Positions 62,841 through 64,000 of a stretch of 64,000 nucleotides of DNA are shown in pieces. The notes under the pieces are model-generated. The model had not been told where the DNA came from, ran no database searches, and saw only the letters and a list, made by a program, of their open reading frames with translations. The stretch is from Fistulifera solaris (lineage: Eukaryota). Location of the stretch: the NCBI GenBank assembly GCA_030295235.1, contig AP026129.1, positions 496,001 to 560,000 on the forward strand, in the 5' to 3' direction. Position 1 is the first letter of the stretch. Every line of letters begins with the position of its first letter. Made by a program: the position numbers and the translations under genes.

Positions 62841-63433
62841 TTAGCGCCTTTAGAGTGTAACCGCTTGTTCAGTATAGTGTTTGCTATTCAAAATAAGAAA
62901 CAAACACATTTTTTTAGAATTTTGTTTAATTGAGGCGTCGCGTTTTCGTACGCGACGATTGTTGGGAGAACTCGCATCAGGCTATGAGCTCGCATGACTC
63001 CCGTTTCTTAGCAGTCATGAGTATCGTTTGCGGACGATAAGCGCAGTACCGGTGTGATCGATTATTTTTCATGAATGAGTATGAAAAGTACCGTACCTTA
63101 TTTTTTCACGATCTCCCCTCGTCACTCGTCACTCGTCACTGTCACTGGATAAAAAGACCTTAAAAAGAAAAAAGTACAATCCAGCGGTCATTCTCAAATT
63201 GGTCATTATTTGCCTCCTCTTGTCTTCCTCCACAACACGTAAAGGATAATCAAGCTCTTGCATTCCAGCTTTGTGCCTCGACCTCCAAGCAAAAGTAATT
63301 AGGAAGAAGAGAGCGAGCGACGATCAAGGAAGATAGTGCACAGGATTTGAAAGGATCGATTCTGCTCGAAGGGATAAAGCACTTTGGATAACAATTCATT
63401 TCGGTCGTTTTGTAATCCAATAAAAATCTCAGA

Positions 63434-64000
63434 ATGGCCGAAGAGGACTCAAGAAAGTCGCAGTACCAGCGCAAGCTTGCTCGTCAACGTCAATTGGAGT
63501 TGATGGAAGCAGCAGCGATGGGAACCGTCCCCCTCGATGCAGCTTGATTTGGGATCGGGCGGCATCCGCTCGCGTGGTGGAAAAAATGGAGACGATCTCA
63601 GTTTCGTAGGAGACGAGCATCAACCAGTTGTTTACAGTCCGAGCAACAAGCGCACCAGTTTGCGATTCTCTCCGAATAACTCGCCGACTGGTAGCGGCAA
63701 AGCCACATCCAATCCTTTTAAATCGCGCAGCGCGGAAGATGCTTTCTCGATCAACCTGATGGATCACGATGCCGGAGTCTATCGAGAAGATAAGCCGCGA
63801 GGATCCATTTTCAATACCATAAGGAGCATGTTACAGTTTCCTTCGGCTCAGAAGAAAGAACCCAAAATCTCGGAAACGATCAATCTGCACGATATGGAGG
63901 AGACGGACGCAGAAATTGACTACTTGGGAACGAAGCCGGACTGGTTGAAAGGCCGACGCGACGAAAGCCGTCGTGCTAGTCCCATGGCAGCGCTTTCAGT
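63434..64000 (+). CDS. 5' part of a protein-coding gene with a disordered N-terminus; runs off the window
   Basis: MAEEDSRKSQYQRKL... followed, after one frameshift, by a frame open to position 64000. Confidence 0.6.

Noticed and set aside
2339..63767. Numerous antisense and overlapping short ORFs in the track
   Set aside because: They are shadows of real genes on the other strand or in another frame.
1..64000. Pervasive frameshifts as pseudogenisation or programmed frameshifting
   Set aside because: They are single-base indels, often in homopolymers, spread over essential conserved genes (XPF, MPP-beta, cyanase, UBE2J1) with intact motifs on both sides. This is typical of uncorrected long-read error.

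Overview
Gene-dense eukaryotic nuclear DNA, most likely from a pennate diatom. The evidence is short GT-AG introns, bipartite plastid-targeting presequences of the ASAFAP type, and type-II LRR and secretory-kinase families typical of diatoms. Many clearly conserved genes carry 1-nt frameshifts, often at homopolymers, which I read as long-read assembly errors rather than pseudogenes. Recognisable genes include an ATM-like PIKK (5' part), COQ5, PAK1IP1/MAK11, cyanase, XPF/ERCC4, an SLC17/PHT4 transporter, UBE2J1, a xanthine PRTase, a ChrR-type cupin, an LRR protein, SERINC, IFRD, MPP-beta, an FKBP and a cis-prenyltransferase. Five things stand out. (1) An apparently intronless gene for a Cys-rich domain plus a 2OG-Fe(II) dioxygenase (50052-51476) sits directly behind an interspaced repeat array built from a helically phased, quasi-palindromic 11-mer (49100-49850). 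(2) A plastid-targeted fusion of a degenerate ITPase/Ham1-like domain with xanthine PRTase. (3) A protein made almost entirely of WH2-like repeats. (4) A Rieske-like protein with all-Cys ligands. (5) Non-autonomous TIR elements, one with a nested MITE and an 18-bp minisatellite showing CpG decay. All family calls come from motif recognition by eye; no database search was run.
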